Source of the DNA: Oscillospiraceae bacterium
GTDB taxonomy: Bacteria > Bacillota > Clostridia > Oscillospirales > Ruminococcaceae
Length of the DNA stretch: 64,000 nt
NCBI GenBank assembly: GCA_017414435.1
Contig: JAFQMN010000004.1
Coordinates: 10,375-74,374 of the forward strand
Direction of reading: 5' to 3'
Part shown: piece after piece, positions 1 to 7,313 of the stretch
Layout of the letters: every line of letters starts with the position of its first letter
Numbering within the stretch: the first letter of the stretch is position 1
The notes under the pieces: generated by a model
The model's input: only the letters and a program-made list of their open reading frames with translations
The model's database searches: none
Told to the model about the DNA's origin: nothing
Position numbers and translations under genes: made by a program

Positions 1-506
1 AAAAACAATTGTATGTTTTATATGATGATTTTGGGAAATTAACCTTGAAAAGCTTAGATAATACGCGAGTTAATTTCTTAATCAATGAAAACTCTGCCGA
101 GAATTATAATTATTCCTCTTCTATAGATAGCGAAACATACAATAAGGTAAAACTTACATATGATAACGAGAAAACCGGGCTGCGTGATGTATATATTGCT
201 AAAGATTCCCATAACATCAATAAATGGGGCGTATTGCAATACTTTGAAGTTTTAAATGACAATATAAATGGTAAATCTAAAGCTGATGCATTACTTAAAC
301 TATATAATACCAAAACTCAGAAGCTAACAGTTAAGAACATACTAGGTGACAACAACATTAGAGCAGGTTCTATAATTGTAGTTTTTATGGATTTAGGCAG
401 TATTAAAGTTAAAAACATGATGCTAGTTGAAAAATGCAAACATAAATATAGAGAATCAGAACATTTAATGGATTTAACATTGCGAGGCGGTGAATCTATT
501 GCATAA
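1..506 (+). CDS. Phage tail/baseplate protein, XkdQ/YqbQ-like (C-terminal part; 5' end lies outside the window)
   Basis: The frame is open from the window edge; track ORF 9..506 simply begins at an internal TTG. It sits directly upstream of an XkdR/S/T/U-like baseplate series, and its stop overlaps the next start. The call rests on synteny with PBSX-type tail modules, not on a motif. Confidence 0.45.
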   Translation, partial: KQLYVLYDDFGKLTLKSLDNTRVNFLINENSAENYNYSSSIDSETYNKVKLTYDNEKTGLRDVYIAKDSHNINKWGVLQYFEVLNDNINGKSKADALLKLYNTKTQKLTVKNILGDNNIRAGSIIVVFMDLGSIKVKNMMLVEKCKHKYRESEHLMDLTLRGGESIA

Positions 507-822
507 TGCTAACGACATTTTAGAACTTATAAAAAAAGTCTCAAACTATACCGTAGAAATAAGTCAGCTTGCAGACTTTTGTTATGGCAAAGTTGTAAGT
601 GTGTCACCTCTTAAAATCATCGTTGAACAGCATATGGAATTCGGAAAAGCTCAACTTGTATTAACACGTAATGTTTCCGATTTTAATATTTATATAACAA
701 TTGATAATAATAAAAAAACTGTAACTGTTCACAATGCCCTGCAAATAGGAGAACAGGTGATTTTAATTCGCAAAAAAGGCGGTCAGAAATATTTAGTTAT
801 TGATCGGGTGATTAATTTATGA
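490..822 (+). CDS. Small phage baseplate protein, XkdR-like position (DUF2577-type)
   Basis: 110-aa ORF that overlaps both neighbours (translational coupling). Size and order match the PBSX xkdR slot. The start codon (GTG 490 or TTG 499) is uncertain. Confidence 0.4.
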   Translation: MNLLHNANDILELIKKVSNYTVEISQLADFCYGKVVSVSPLKIIVEQHMEFGKAQLVLTRNVSDFNIYITIDNNKKTVTVHNALQIGEQVILIRKKGGQKYLVIDRVINL

Positions 823-1223
823 TACCAGCTGCAAATACTATTTTAACAGCGGATATATTAATAGATACTATCCCTTCTTTGAACTATGCTATGCAATTCA
901 AAAAAGCAATTATTTCAGGAAAAATAGATAACTTAGATGCAATGCGACAAGTAATATTTAAAATACTTAATACTGAACGCTATGACTATATTATCTACTC
1001 TTGGAATTATGGCATTGAACTCAAAGATCTTTATGGTATGCCTTATACCTACATATGTCCAGAACTTGAACGAAGAATAACTGAAGCTCTAACTCAAGAT
1101 GATCGCATTAGGTCTGTAACTAACTTTGAATTTACTCTAAGTTCAAAAAATGAAGTTTTAGTTACATTTACCGTTAATACTGTTTACGGAGATGTTAATA
1201 CTGAAAGAATGGTGGATTTTTAA
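819..1223 (+). CDS. Phage baseplate wedge protein, XkdS / gp25(W)-like position
   Basis: 134-aa ORF with a 4-nt ATGA overlap upstream and a 1-nt overlap with the baseplate J gene. Size and order are typical of the protein preceding baseplate J. Confidence 0.45.
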   Translation: MIPAANTILTADILIDTIPSLNYAMQFKKAIISGKIDNLDAMRQVIFKILNTERYDYIIYSWNYGIELKDLYGMPYTYICPELERRITEALTQDDRIRSVTNFEFTLSSKNEVLVTFTVNTVYGDVNTERMVDF

Positions 1224-2287
1224 TGTACGAAAATGTTACCTATGAAGACATTTTGCAGCGAATGTTAGATAGGGTACCAAATATAATAGATAAACGTGAA
1301 GGATCTATTATATATGATGCTTTAGCACCCGCTGCAATAGAACTTCAGTTAATGTATATTGAATTTGATGTGATTTTAAAGGAAACATTTGGAGATACTG
1401 CATCCAGAGAATATTTAATTAGGCGCGCTGCGGAACGTGGTATAAAGCCATATGAAGCCAGCTGTACAATTCTACGTGCTATAAGTACGCCAGCTAATAT
1501 ATCCATACCTATTGGTGCTAGGTTTTCGTTAGATGATTTAAACTACGTAACCATAGAGAAGCTAGCAGATGGTGAGTATAAAGTGCAATGTGAAACTGCT
1601 GGAAAGATTGGCAACAAATACTTTGGTACGCTTATTCCAATAGAATATATAGCAGGTCTTGAAACCATAGAAATTACTGAACTTCTAATACCTGGCGAAG
1701 ATGAAGAAGAAACAGAAGCCCTACGTACTAGATATTTTGAAACGTTTAAAACTAATGCATATGGCGGTAACCAGAAAGATTACATACAAAAAACAAATGC
1801 AATCAACGGAGTTGGTGCAACTAAAGTAACACCTATATGGAATGGTGGTGGTACAGTACTACTCACCATTTTAAATAGTGAGTTTAATAAGGCGTCAGAT
1901 ACTTTAATTGCTTCCGTACAAAACGAGATTGATCCTACATCTGATGGTTCAGGAGTTGGCATTGCTCCAATTGGACATATTGTTACAGTTAATACCGCTG
2001 AAGAAGTTCCCGTTAATATATCAACTTCCATTACTTTTAAAGATGGTTATTCATTTGTAACCTTACAGTCAGAAATTATTGCAGCTATTGAATCATATCT
2101 GCTTGAAATTAGGAAAGGATGGGCAAATGAATCTGAGAGTATAGTGAGAATCAGTTTAATTGACGCAAAGATATTGAATTTAGAAGGTGTAGTTGATGTT
2201 TCCAACACAGAGATAAACGGTTTTAGTGTAAACCTTACTCTTAACGGATATGAAATTCCCATCTTAGGAGAAATAAGTAATGGATAG
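1223..2287 (+). CDS. Baseplate J-like protein (XkdT-like)
   Basis: 354 aa. The N-terminus MYENVTYEDILQRMLDRVP...DKREGSIIYDALAPAAIEL is the characteristic baseplate J/XkdT opening, and the gene sits in the expected slot. Confidence 0.75.
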   Translation: MYENVTYEDILQRMLDRVPNIIDKREGSIIYDALAPAAIELQLMYIEFDVILKETFGDTASREYLIRRAAERGIKPYEASCTILRAISTPANISIPIGARFSLDDLNYVTIEKLADGEYKVQCETAGKIGNKYFGTLIPIEYIAGLETIEITELLIPGEDEEETEALRTRYFETFKTNAYGGNQKDYIQKTNAINGVGATKVTPIWNGGGTVLLTILNSEFNKASDTLIASVQNEIDPTSDGSGVGIAPIGHIVTVNTAEEVPVNISTSITFKDGYSFVTLQSEIIAAIESYLLEIRKGWANESESIVRISLIDAKILNLEGVVDVSNTEINGFSVNLTLNGYEIPILGEISNG

Positions 2288-2819
2288 AGAAATTAATTTA
2301 ATAAACTACTTGCCGCCATATATTAAAAGGTATAGAGAGATTCAACAAATAACTAATACAGAAAATCTAGAACTTCAACTATTAGCTGATGAATCTGAAA
2401 GAGTAAAAAATAATCAGTTTATATTTACTTGTAATGAAACAGGTATATCACGGTTTGAATCTCTTCTTAATATAACTCCAGAAGCAGAAGAACCATTAGA
2501 TTTAAGAATTTCAAGAGTACTCATGCGCTGGAACGACATGACATCATATACTTGGAAAACACTAGTTCAAAAGCTAGACATACTCTGTGGTGAAACTAAC
2601 TACAAAATATCTTCCGATTCAGATAACTATATGTACACACTCAATGTTCATCTAGATATGTATGGGCAGTTAGACGAACTGCAAAATTTAATAGCATATA
2701 TGATACCTGCAAATATATGTATGTTTATTAATAATATAATAGATTGTTCCTCTATCGGTTCGATTTTCGCTGCTTCAGGTTTAGCTATATGTGATGAATT
2801 TACAATAATAGAAGAGTAA
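2280..2819 (+). CDS. Phage tail protein, XkdU/YmfQ-like (DUF2313-type)
   Basis: 179 aa. LINYLPPYIKRYREIQQI...ENLELQLL resembles the conserved N-terminus of the protein that follows baseplate J in PBSX-like modules. It overlaps the upstream gene by 8 nt. Confidence 0.55.
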   Translation: MDREINLINYLPPYIKRYREIQQITNTENLELQLLADESERVKNNQFIFTCNETGISRFESLLNITPEAEEPLDLRISRVLMRWNDMTSYTWKTLVQKLDILCGETNYKISSDSDNYMYTLNVHLDMYGQLDELQNLIAYMIPANICMFINNIIDCSSIGSIFAASGLAICDEFTIIEE

Positions 2820-2832
2820 GGAGATATTAGAC

Positions 2833-3972
2833 ATGGCAGAATTTAGAGCTATGGTTATAACGAATAGTGGGCAGGAACTAATAGCTAAAACATTAGCAGG
2901 AGAACTTGAATTGCAATTTACTAAGATTTGCCTTACAGATACAGCATATACCGATGCACAATTGCTGGAATTATCTACATTGAATAATATTTGCCAATCT
3001 GCATCTATCTCTAGAGTTTCTAAAACATCTGAATCTGCAATACAAGTTGAAGGTGTAGTTTTAAATGTAAACCTTACTACAGGTTATTATATACAAACAT
3101 TAGGGTTATTTGCAAAAGATTTAAATAACAATGAAGTGTTATATGCAGCTTGTGGTGCAACCATACCAGGTTGGATGCCACCATATAACGGCTCGACCAT
3201 TTCAGGCTGCAATTTAAAATTAATAACTATGGTTTCTAACACATCAAATATAAGCCTTACTGTTGATCCTGCTGCAATAGCTACCATTGAAGATTTAAAT
3301 TCCCTTGAACTATCCTCCATTCAAACTGTAGATGGCTTACATGGTATTAGATATTATAACAATGCTCTTGAAGTTAAGAACAATGCTGGCAATTGGATTA
3401 ATCCTGCATCCTTAGCTACAGCTGCAGATTTAAATTCCCTTGAATTATCCTCCATTCAAACTGTAGATGGCTTACATGGTATTAGATATTATAACAATGC
3501 TCTTGAAGTTAAGAACAACACTGGCAATTGGATTAATCCTGCATCCTTAGCTACAGCTGCAGATTTAAATTCCCTTGAACTATCCTCCATTCAAACTGTA
3601 GATGGCTTACATGGTATTAGATATTATAACAATGCTCTTGAAGTTAAGAACAACACTGGCAATTGGATTAATCCTGCATCTCTAGCTATGAATGATGAAG
3701 TAAATGCCTTAAAACCAAAAAGTAAAACTCTAACACTAAGTGTTTCTAATTGGGTTTTAAACTCCAATACTCAATTATACGAATATACCGTCACAGACTC
3801 AACAGTTTCACCATCACATATTATCAATTGCTATATGGATTTAGACAATCAAGTCAAACTTACTGATGGTTATACTGAAACATATAATGGGTCATATAAA
3901 ATTATTACATCAAAGCAACCGATTGAAAATATTACAATAACTGTAACAAAGCAATTATATGCGAGTTGGTAA
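2833..3972 (+). CDS. Phage tail fibre protein containing three tandem 45-aa repeats
   Basis: 379-aa ORF after the baseplate genes, with GGAG 8 nt upstream of the ATG. It carries an internal near-identical triplication: DLNSLELSSIQTVDGLHGIRYYNNALEVKNN(A/T)GNWINPASLATAA. Confidence 0.6.
   Translation: MAEFRAMVITNSGQELIAKTLAGELELQFTKICLTDTAYTDAQLLELSTLNNICQSASISRVSKTSESAIQVEGVVLNVNLTTGYYIQTLGLFAKDLNNNEVLYAACGATIPGWMPPYNGSTISGCNLKLITMVSNTSNISLTVDPAAIATIEDLNSLELSSIQTVDGLHGIRYYNNALEVKNNAGNWINPASLATAADLNSLELSSIQTVDGLHGIRYYNNALEVKNNTGNWINPASLATAADLNSLELSSIQTVDGLHGIRYYNNALEVKNNTGNWINPASLAMNDEVNALKPKSKTLTLSVSNWVLNSNTQLYEYTVTDSTVSPSHIINCYMDLDNQVKLTDGYTETYNGSYKIITSKQPIENITITVTKQLYASW
3292..3690 (+). repeat. 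In-frame tandem repeat, 3 copies x 135 bp, inside the tail fibre gene
   Basis: GATTTAAATTCCCTTGAA... recurs at 3292, 3427 and 3562 (period 135 nt). Only a few substitutions separate copies, e.g. AATGCTGGC versus AACACTGGC. Confidence 0.95.
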
Positions 3973-3984
3973 GGAGGTAATAAT

Positions 3985-5265
3985 GTGATAGGTAAAATTA
4001 ATACAAAAGGATTTAACATTAACGGAATTATTGAACAATATACGGCGGGTTCAAGTAATGTTAATGCTGGTGATTTTGTTTCTTTTATTAACGGTCTGGC
4101 AGAGAGGACAGCAGCACAATTATATTCTGGTAGTGATGATAGTTACTTATCGGCGGTAGCACTCGGTAAAAACAAGGTATTCATTGCCTATCAGTATAAT
4201 TCATATTTACGAGGCATTGTGTGTACAATAAAACGTACTACTATTACCGTTGGTACTGCTACAACAATTGCTCCTTACTCCTATAATCTCTATATTTCAG
4301 CTACCGCTTTAAGTGATAGCAAGGTGTTTATTTCTTATGGACAATATCAAAGCTATAGCGATTTATATGGCATAGTTTGCACAGTAAACGGTAGTAATAT
4401 TACAGTTGGCAATGCAATAATTCTTGATGCTGCAGCAGGTGCTTCTGGTACATATTTATACTATTCTACCATTGCAGTTGCTCTCGGCTCCGATAAAGTA
4501 TTAATTATATGGGGCTATAATAGTTCTTATCACTACTTAAGAGGTGTTGTGTGTACAATAAGCGGTACAACTATTACTAAAGGAACCATAACCTCGTTAA
4601 GCACTGTAGCTAATTCCGGGTATGGCTTTATGTCTGCAGTTGCATTAAATGACAATGACGTATTTATTGCACATGACTACAATGGTTCCAACTATTATTT
4701 ATATGGCTTGGTATGCCGTATTAACGGCACAACAATTTCAGTTGGAACAGATACATATTTAAGTACCAAAGGCTATATCGCATCGGCAACTTTATTAAGC
4801 CCTAACAAAGTATTTGTTGCACACCGTGGAGATAATAATTATCTATACGGATTAGTTTGTTTGGTAAATAATATGACTATATCTCCTGGGACTGATACAT
4901 TGTTAAGAAATGTAAATAGCTTTAGACTATCGCCAGTTACCTTAAACAATAATTATGTGTTTATTGCGCATTGTCCTAGCGATATAGGGAATCTATACTA
5001 TACAACTTGTGCAATAGATAACACCACAATCACAACTACAACAATTGCAAAGCAATCAGACTACAGTTATTTTTATGGACTATCAGTGGTACGTTATACA
5101 GACCATAACATGATTGTTATTTATGCAAACTCTAAACTTTATGGTAGACTTGTTGGCGGCTATACTATTGCCTCTACAACTTCAGTAGATCAAGATATTT
5201 TGGGTGTAGCTAAAACAAATGCAGTTGCAGGAGCTACAGTTGATGTGTACGTACCAAACATCTAA
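3985..5265 (+). CDS. Phage distal fibre / receptor-binding protein with about 7 degenerate internal repeats (beta-propeller-like periodicity)
   Basis: GTG start preceded by AAGGAGG. The protein repeats the pattern SAVAL..NKVFIA(H/Y)....YL(Y/R)G(I/L)VC.I.GTTI..GT about every 45-50 aa, seven times. Confidence 0.5.
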   Translation: MIGKINTKGFNINGIIEQYTAGSSNVNAGDFVSFINGLAERTAAQLYSGSDDSYLSAVALGKNKVFIAYQYNSYLRGIVCTIKRTTITVGTATTIAPYSYNLYISATALSDSKVFISYGQYQSYSDLYGIVCTVNGSNITVGNAIILDAAAGASGTYLYYSTIAVALGSDKVLIIWGYNSSYHYLRGVVCTISGTTITKGTITSLSTVANSGYGFMSAVALNDNDVFIAHDYNGSNYYLYGLVCRINGTTISVGTDTYLSTKGYIASATLLSPNKVFVAHRGDNNYLYGLVCLVNNMTISPGTDTLLRNVNSFRLSPVTLNNNYVFIAHCPSDIGNLYYTTCAIDNTTITTTTIAKQSDYSYFYGLSVVRYTDHNMIVIYANSKLYGRLVGGYTIASTTSVDQDILGVAKTNAVAGATVDVYVPNI

Positions 5266-5285
5266 AAAATAAGGAGTGAAAACAG

Positions 5286-5600
5286 ATGTATATTCTAACA
5301 GATAAAGACAATGTAATCATGTATATTGCAAATACAGTTTGTAGACAAAAAGAAAATAATTATTATCTTTTAAATGAAAATACAAATATGGCTCTAGCCA
5401 TTCCTCCTGAATTTGTAAAGAGTGCATATGAAGTGGCTGTAATTCCTCAAAACGTTTCCGAACAAAGGTATTGCTATTCTCCTGAACAAGGCTTTTTTAA
5501 AAATGAAAATTTCGTTAAGCACTACAGTAATGAAGAACGCTTAAATGCGCTTGAAGATATAGTTAATATGCTTGTATTGGGAGGAATACAACATGAATGA
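5286..5600 (+). CDS. Phage hypothetical protein (XkdW position)
   Basis: 104-aa ORF with AAGGAG upstream, lying between the fibre genes and the XkdX-like small ORF. I recognise no motif. Confidence 0.4.
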   Translation: MYILTDKDNVIMYIANTVCRQKENNYYLLNENTNMALAIPPEFVKSAYEVAVIPQNVSEQRYCYSPEQGFFKNENFVKHYSNEERLNALEDIVNMLVLGGIQHE

Positions 5601-5697
5601 AAAATTGCAAAATTATTTAAGAATGCAAATTGAAATGGGTAGATTAACTTTAGAAGACATCCAAATTAAATATCCTGACTTTGAGGTGGTATTGTGA
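5593..5697 (+). CDS. XkdX-like small phage protein (34 aa; absent from the ORF track)
   Basis: ATG at 5593 is preceded by GGGAGGA with a 7-nt spacer. Translation is MNEKLQNYLRMQIEMGRLTLEDIQIKYPDFEVVL. It overlaps the stop of the upstream gene and the GTG start of the holin. Size and position match the xkdX slot before the lysis genes. Confidence 0.5.
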   Translation: MNEKLQNYLRMQIEMGRLTLEDIQIKYPDFEVVL

Positions 5698-5915
5698 AAG
5701 ATATAAAGATAAATTGGAAACTTAAATTAACGAGTCGTAAATTTTGGGCTGCTATACTCGGTTTTATCTCTCCTTTACTTCTTAGTTTTAATGTATCAGA
5801 AAGTGTAGTTGCTCAGGTTTCTAGCATTGTTATGTCTGGTGCAACTTTAATTGCATATATTATCGGTGAAGGATTAGTTGATTCCAATAAACAGGGAGAT
5901 GAACGTAATTCATGA
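5694..5915 (+). CDS. Phage holin
   Basis: 73 aa. The N-terminus KINWKLKLTSRKFWAAILGFISPLLL plus a second hydrophobic segment and a charged C-terminus is typical of Firmicutes phage holins. It lies immediately upstream of, and overlaps (ATGA), the endolysin. Confidence 0.7.
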   Translation: MKDIKINWKLKLTSRKFWAAILGFISPLLLSFNVSESVVAQVSSIVMSGATLIAYIIGEGLVDSNKQGDERNS

Positions 5916-6697
5916 TTTTAAAAGAGTGTATGTTAATTAAAAATGCTTGTTATATCCATAACAAAAAAATCACCAATGGTAAGCCAACTGGCATAGTTGT
6001 GCATTCCACTGGTGCTAACAATAAAACTTTAAAAAGATACGTTCAGCCTGTTTCATCTCAACCCTATTACAACGAAGTCATAGTTGATTTAGGTAAGAAT
6101 ATATATAGTAATCATTGGAACAATTATTACGTAGAAAATAACCGCAGCTGTTGCGTTCATGCATTTATAGGTGTTAATGCAACAGGAAAAATAGAAACAT
6201 ACCAAACTCTACCATTTGATATATGCTGCTGGGGTTGTGCATCTGGCAGCAAAGGATCTTATAACTATAATCCTAGTGCTAGAATTCAATTCGAGATATG
6301 TGAAGATAACCTCAATGACCGCATTTACTTTGACGCGGTGTTTAATGAGGCAATTGAATTTTGCGTCTACTTATGCAAACTCTTTGAATTTGGAGCAGAT
6401 AAGATATGTTCGCATCGTGAAGCGTATTTAACCGGGTATGGAAATAACCATGGAGATTGTGACCATTGGTTAAAACGCTTTGGAAAGAATATGGATTGGT
6501 TCCGAAGTCAAGTTAAATCGCAACTAAACGAAGAAAATAATACTCATAATAGAAAATCTATAGAAGAGTTGGCGCAAGAGACAATAGATGGTAAATGGGG
6601 GAATGGAACGGTAAGAAAAAACGCTCTTATCTCTGCTGGTTATAATTACAGCAAAGTGCAAAAGCGTGTTAATGAAATACTCTATAGTAATAAATGA
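5912..6697 (+). CDS. Endolysin: N-acetylmuramoyl-L-alanine amidase with a C-terminal Cpl-7-like cell-wall-binding repeat
   Basis: The N-terminal half resembles amidase_2/PGRP-type enzymes (GIVVHSTGANN..., HREA...). The C-terminus GKWGNGTVRKNALISAGYNYSKVQKRVNEIL matches the Cpl-7 (CW_7) repeat pattern GxWGNGxxRxxxLxxAGYxxxxVQxxVN. Confidence 0.8.
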   Translation: MILKECMLIKNACYIHNKKITNGKPTGIVVHSTGANNKTLKRYVQPVSSQPYYNEVIVDLGKNIYSNHWNNYYVENNRSCCVHAFIGVNATGKIETYQTLPFDICCWGCASGSKGSYNYNPSARIQFEICEDNLNDRIYFDAVFNEAIEFCVYLCKLFEFGADKICSHREAYLTGYGNNHGDCDHWLKRFGKNMDWFRSQVKSQLNEENNTHNRKSIEELAQETIDGKWGNGTVRKNALISAGYNYSKVQKRVNEILYSNK

Positions 6698-7111
6698 ATC
6701 AATGAAGTAATGCTCACATTAAATTTTTTTTACATTGTTGATTACTATAAATATATTCTCCCTATAAATCAATAACTTTCTTTGGTTGTTTTATGTTATT
6801 TAGCCCTATTAAAAGCCAATTAATAGCCGAACAAATCAAAAACCGAACTAGTAACACATTAATAACAAACAGTTGATAAAATGGCTTTATATAGCGATTA
6901 ATCCGAGAATGTACTTTGTTATAGCATATAATTCAAATTTGTCAAACTAGGAATCCTTATATCGTGTAAAGCGACTTTTAGTTAATAACTTTAATTTCTA
7001 TTACAACAATCCCACGTTTTCGATCAATTTTAAATTATTGCCCACGGGAAATGTAAGACATAAAGCTATATGTGTCAAGTTGAGTCATTTTATCTTATAA
7101 TACTCAATTTT

Positions 7112-7144
7112 AAACAATCCCTCAACATTGTTGAGGGATTGTTT
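7112..7144. terminator. Stem-loop (14-15 bp) acting as a likely bidirectional intrinsic terminator
   Basis: AAACAATCCCTCAA-CATTG-TTGAGGGATTGTTT. On the plus strand it is followed by TTTTTG. On the minus strand it begins 6 nt after the TAG of the 37-aa ORF, where the U-tract is weaker. Confidence 0.6.
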
Positions 7145-7150
7145 TTGTCT

Positions 7151-7264
7151 CTAACAGCACTTTTTTTGGCCAGGTTCGATTGCACAGCATGGTGTGCTTA
7201 AAAAGGCTCCGTGTACCTCAGAATCTTCTAAGCTCACAACAAAATCTATTAAATTATTATCCAT
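7151..7264 (-). CDS. 37-aa Cys-rich putative RiPP precursor peptide (not in the ORF track)
   Basis: Hand translation of the minus strand gives ATG(7264) MDNNLIDFVVSLEDSEVHGAFLSTPCCAIEPGQKKCC TAG(7153-7151). A Shine-Dalgarno AGGAGGTG (7280-7273) lies 8 nt upstream of the ATG. The ORF starts 49 nt downstream of the radical SAM/SPASM gene and is followed by a terminator hairpin. Confidence 0.65.
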   Translation of the reverse strand: MDNNLIDFVVSLEDSEVHGAFLSTPCCAIEPGQKKCC

Positions 7265-7313
7265 TACTATTTCACCTCCTTTCTTTACTATTTCTTAGAA
7301 TGTAAATCATATC

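Noticed and set aside
3292-3690. The regularly spaced repeats considered as a possible CRISPR array.
   Set aside because: The repeats are directly tandem (135-bp units without unique spacers), in frame, and part of a tail fibre CDS. No CRISPR-like repeat-spacer structure and no cas genes occur anywhere in the window.
6698-7111. I searched the 400-nt gap after the endolysin for attR, a tRNA, additional precursor peptides or small genes.
   Set aside because: I found no cloverleaf-like sequence, no SD-preceded small ORF on either strand (only 2-10-codon ORFs), and no repeat I could pair with anything else in the window. The function remains unassigned.
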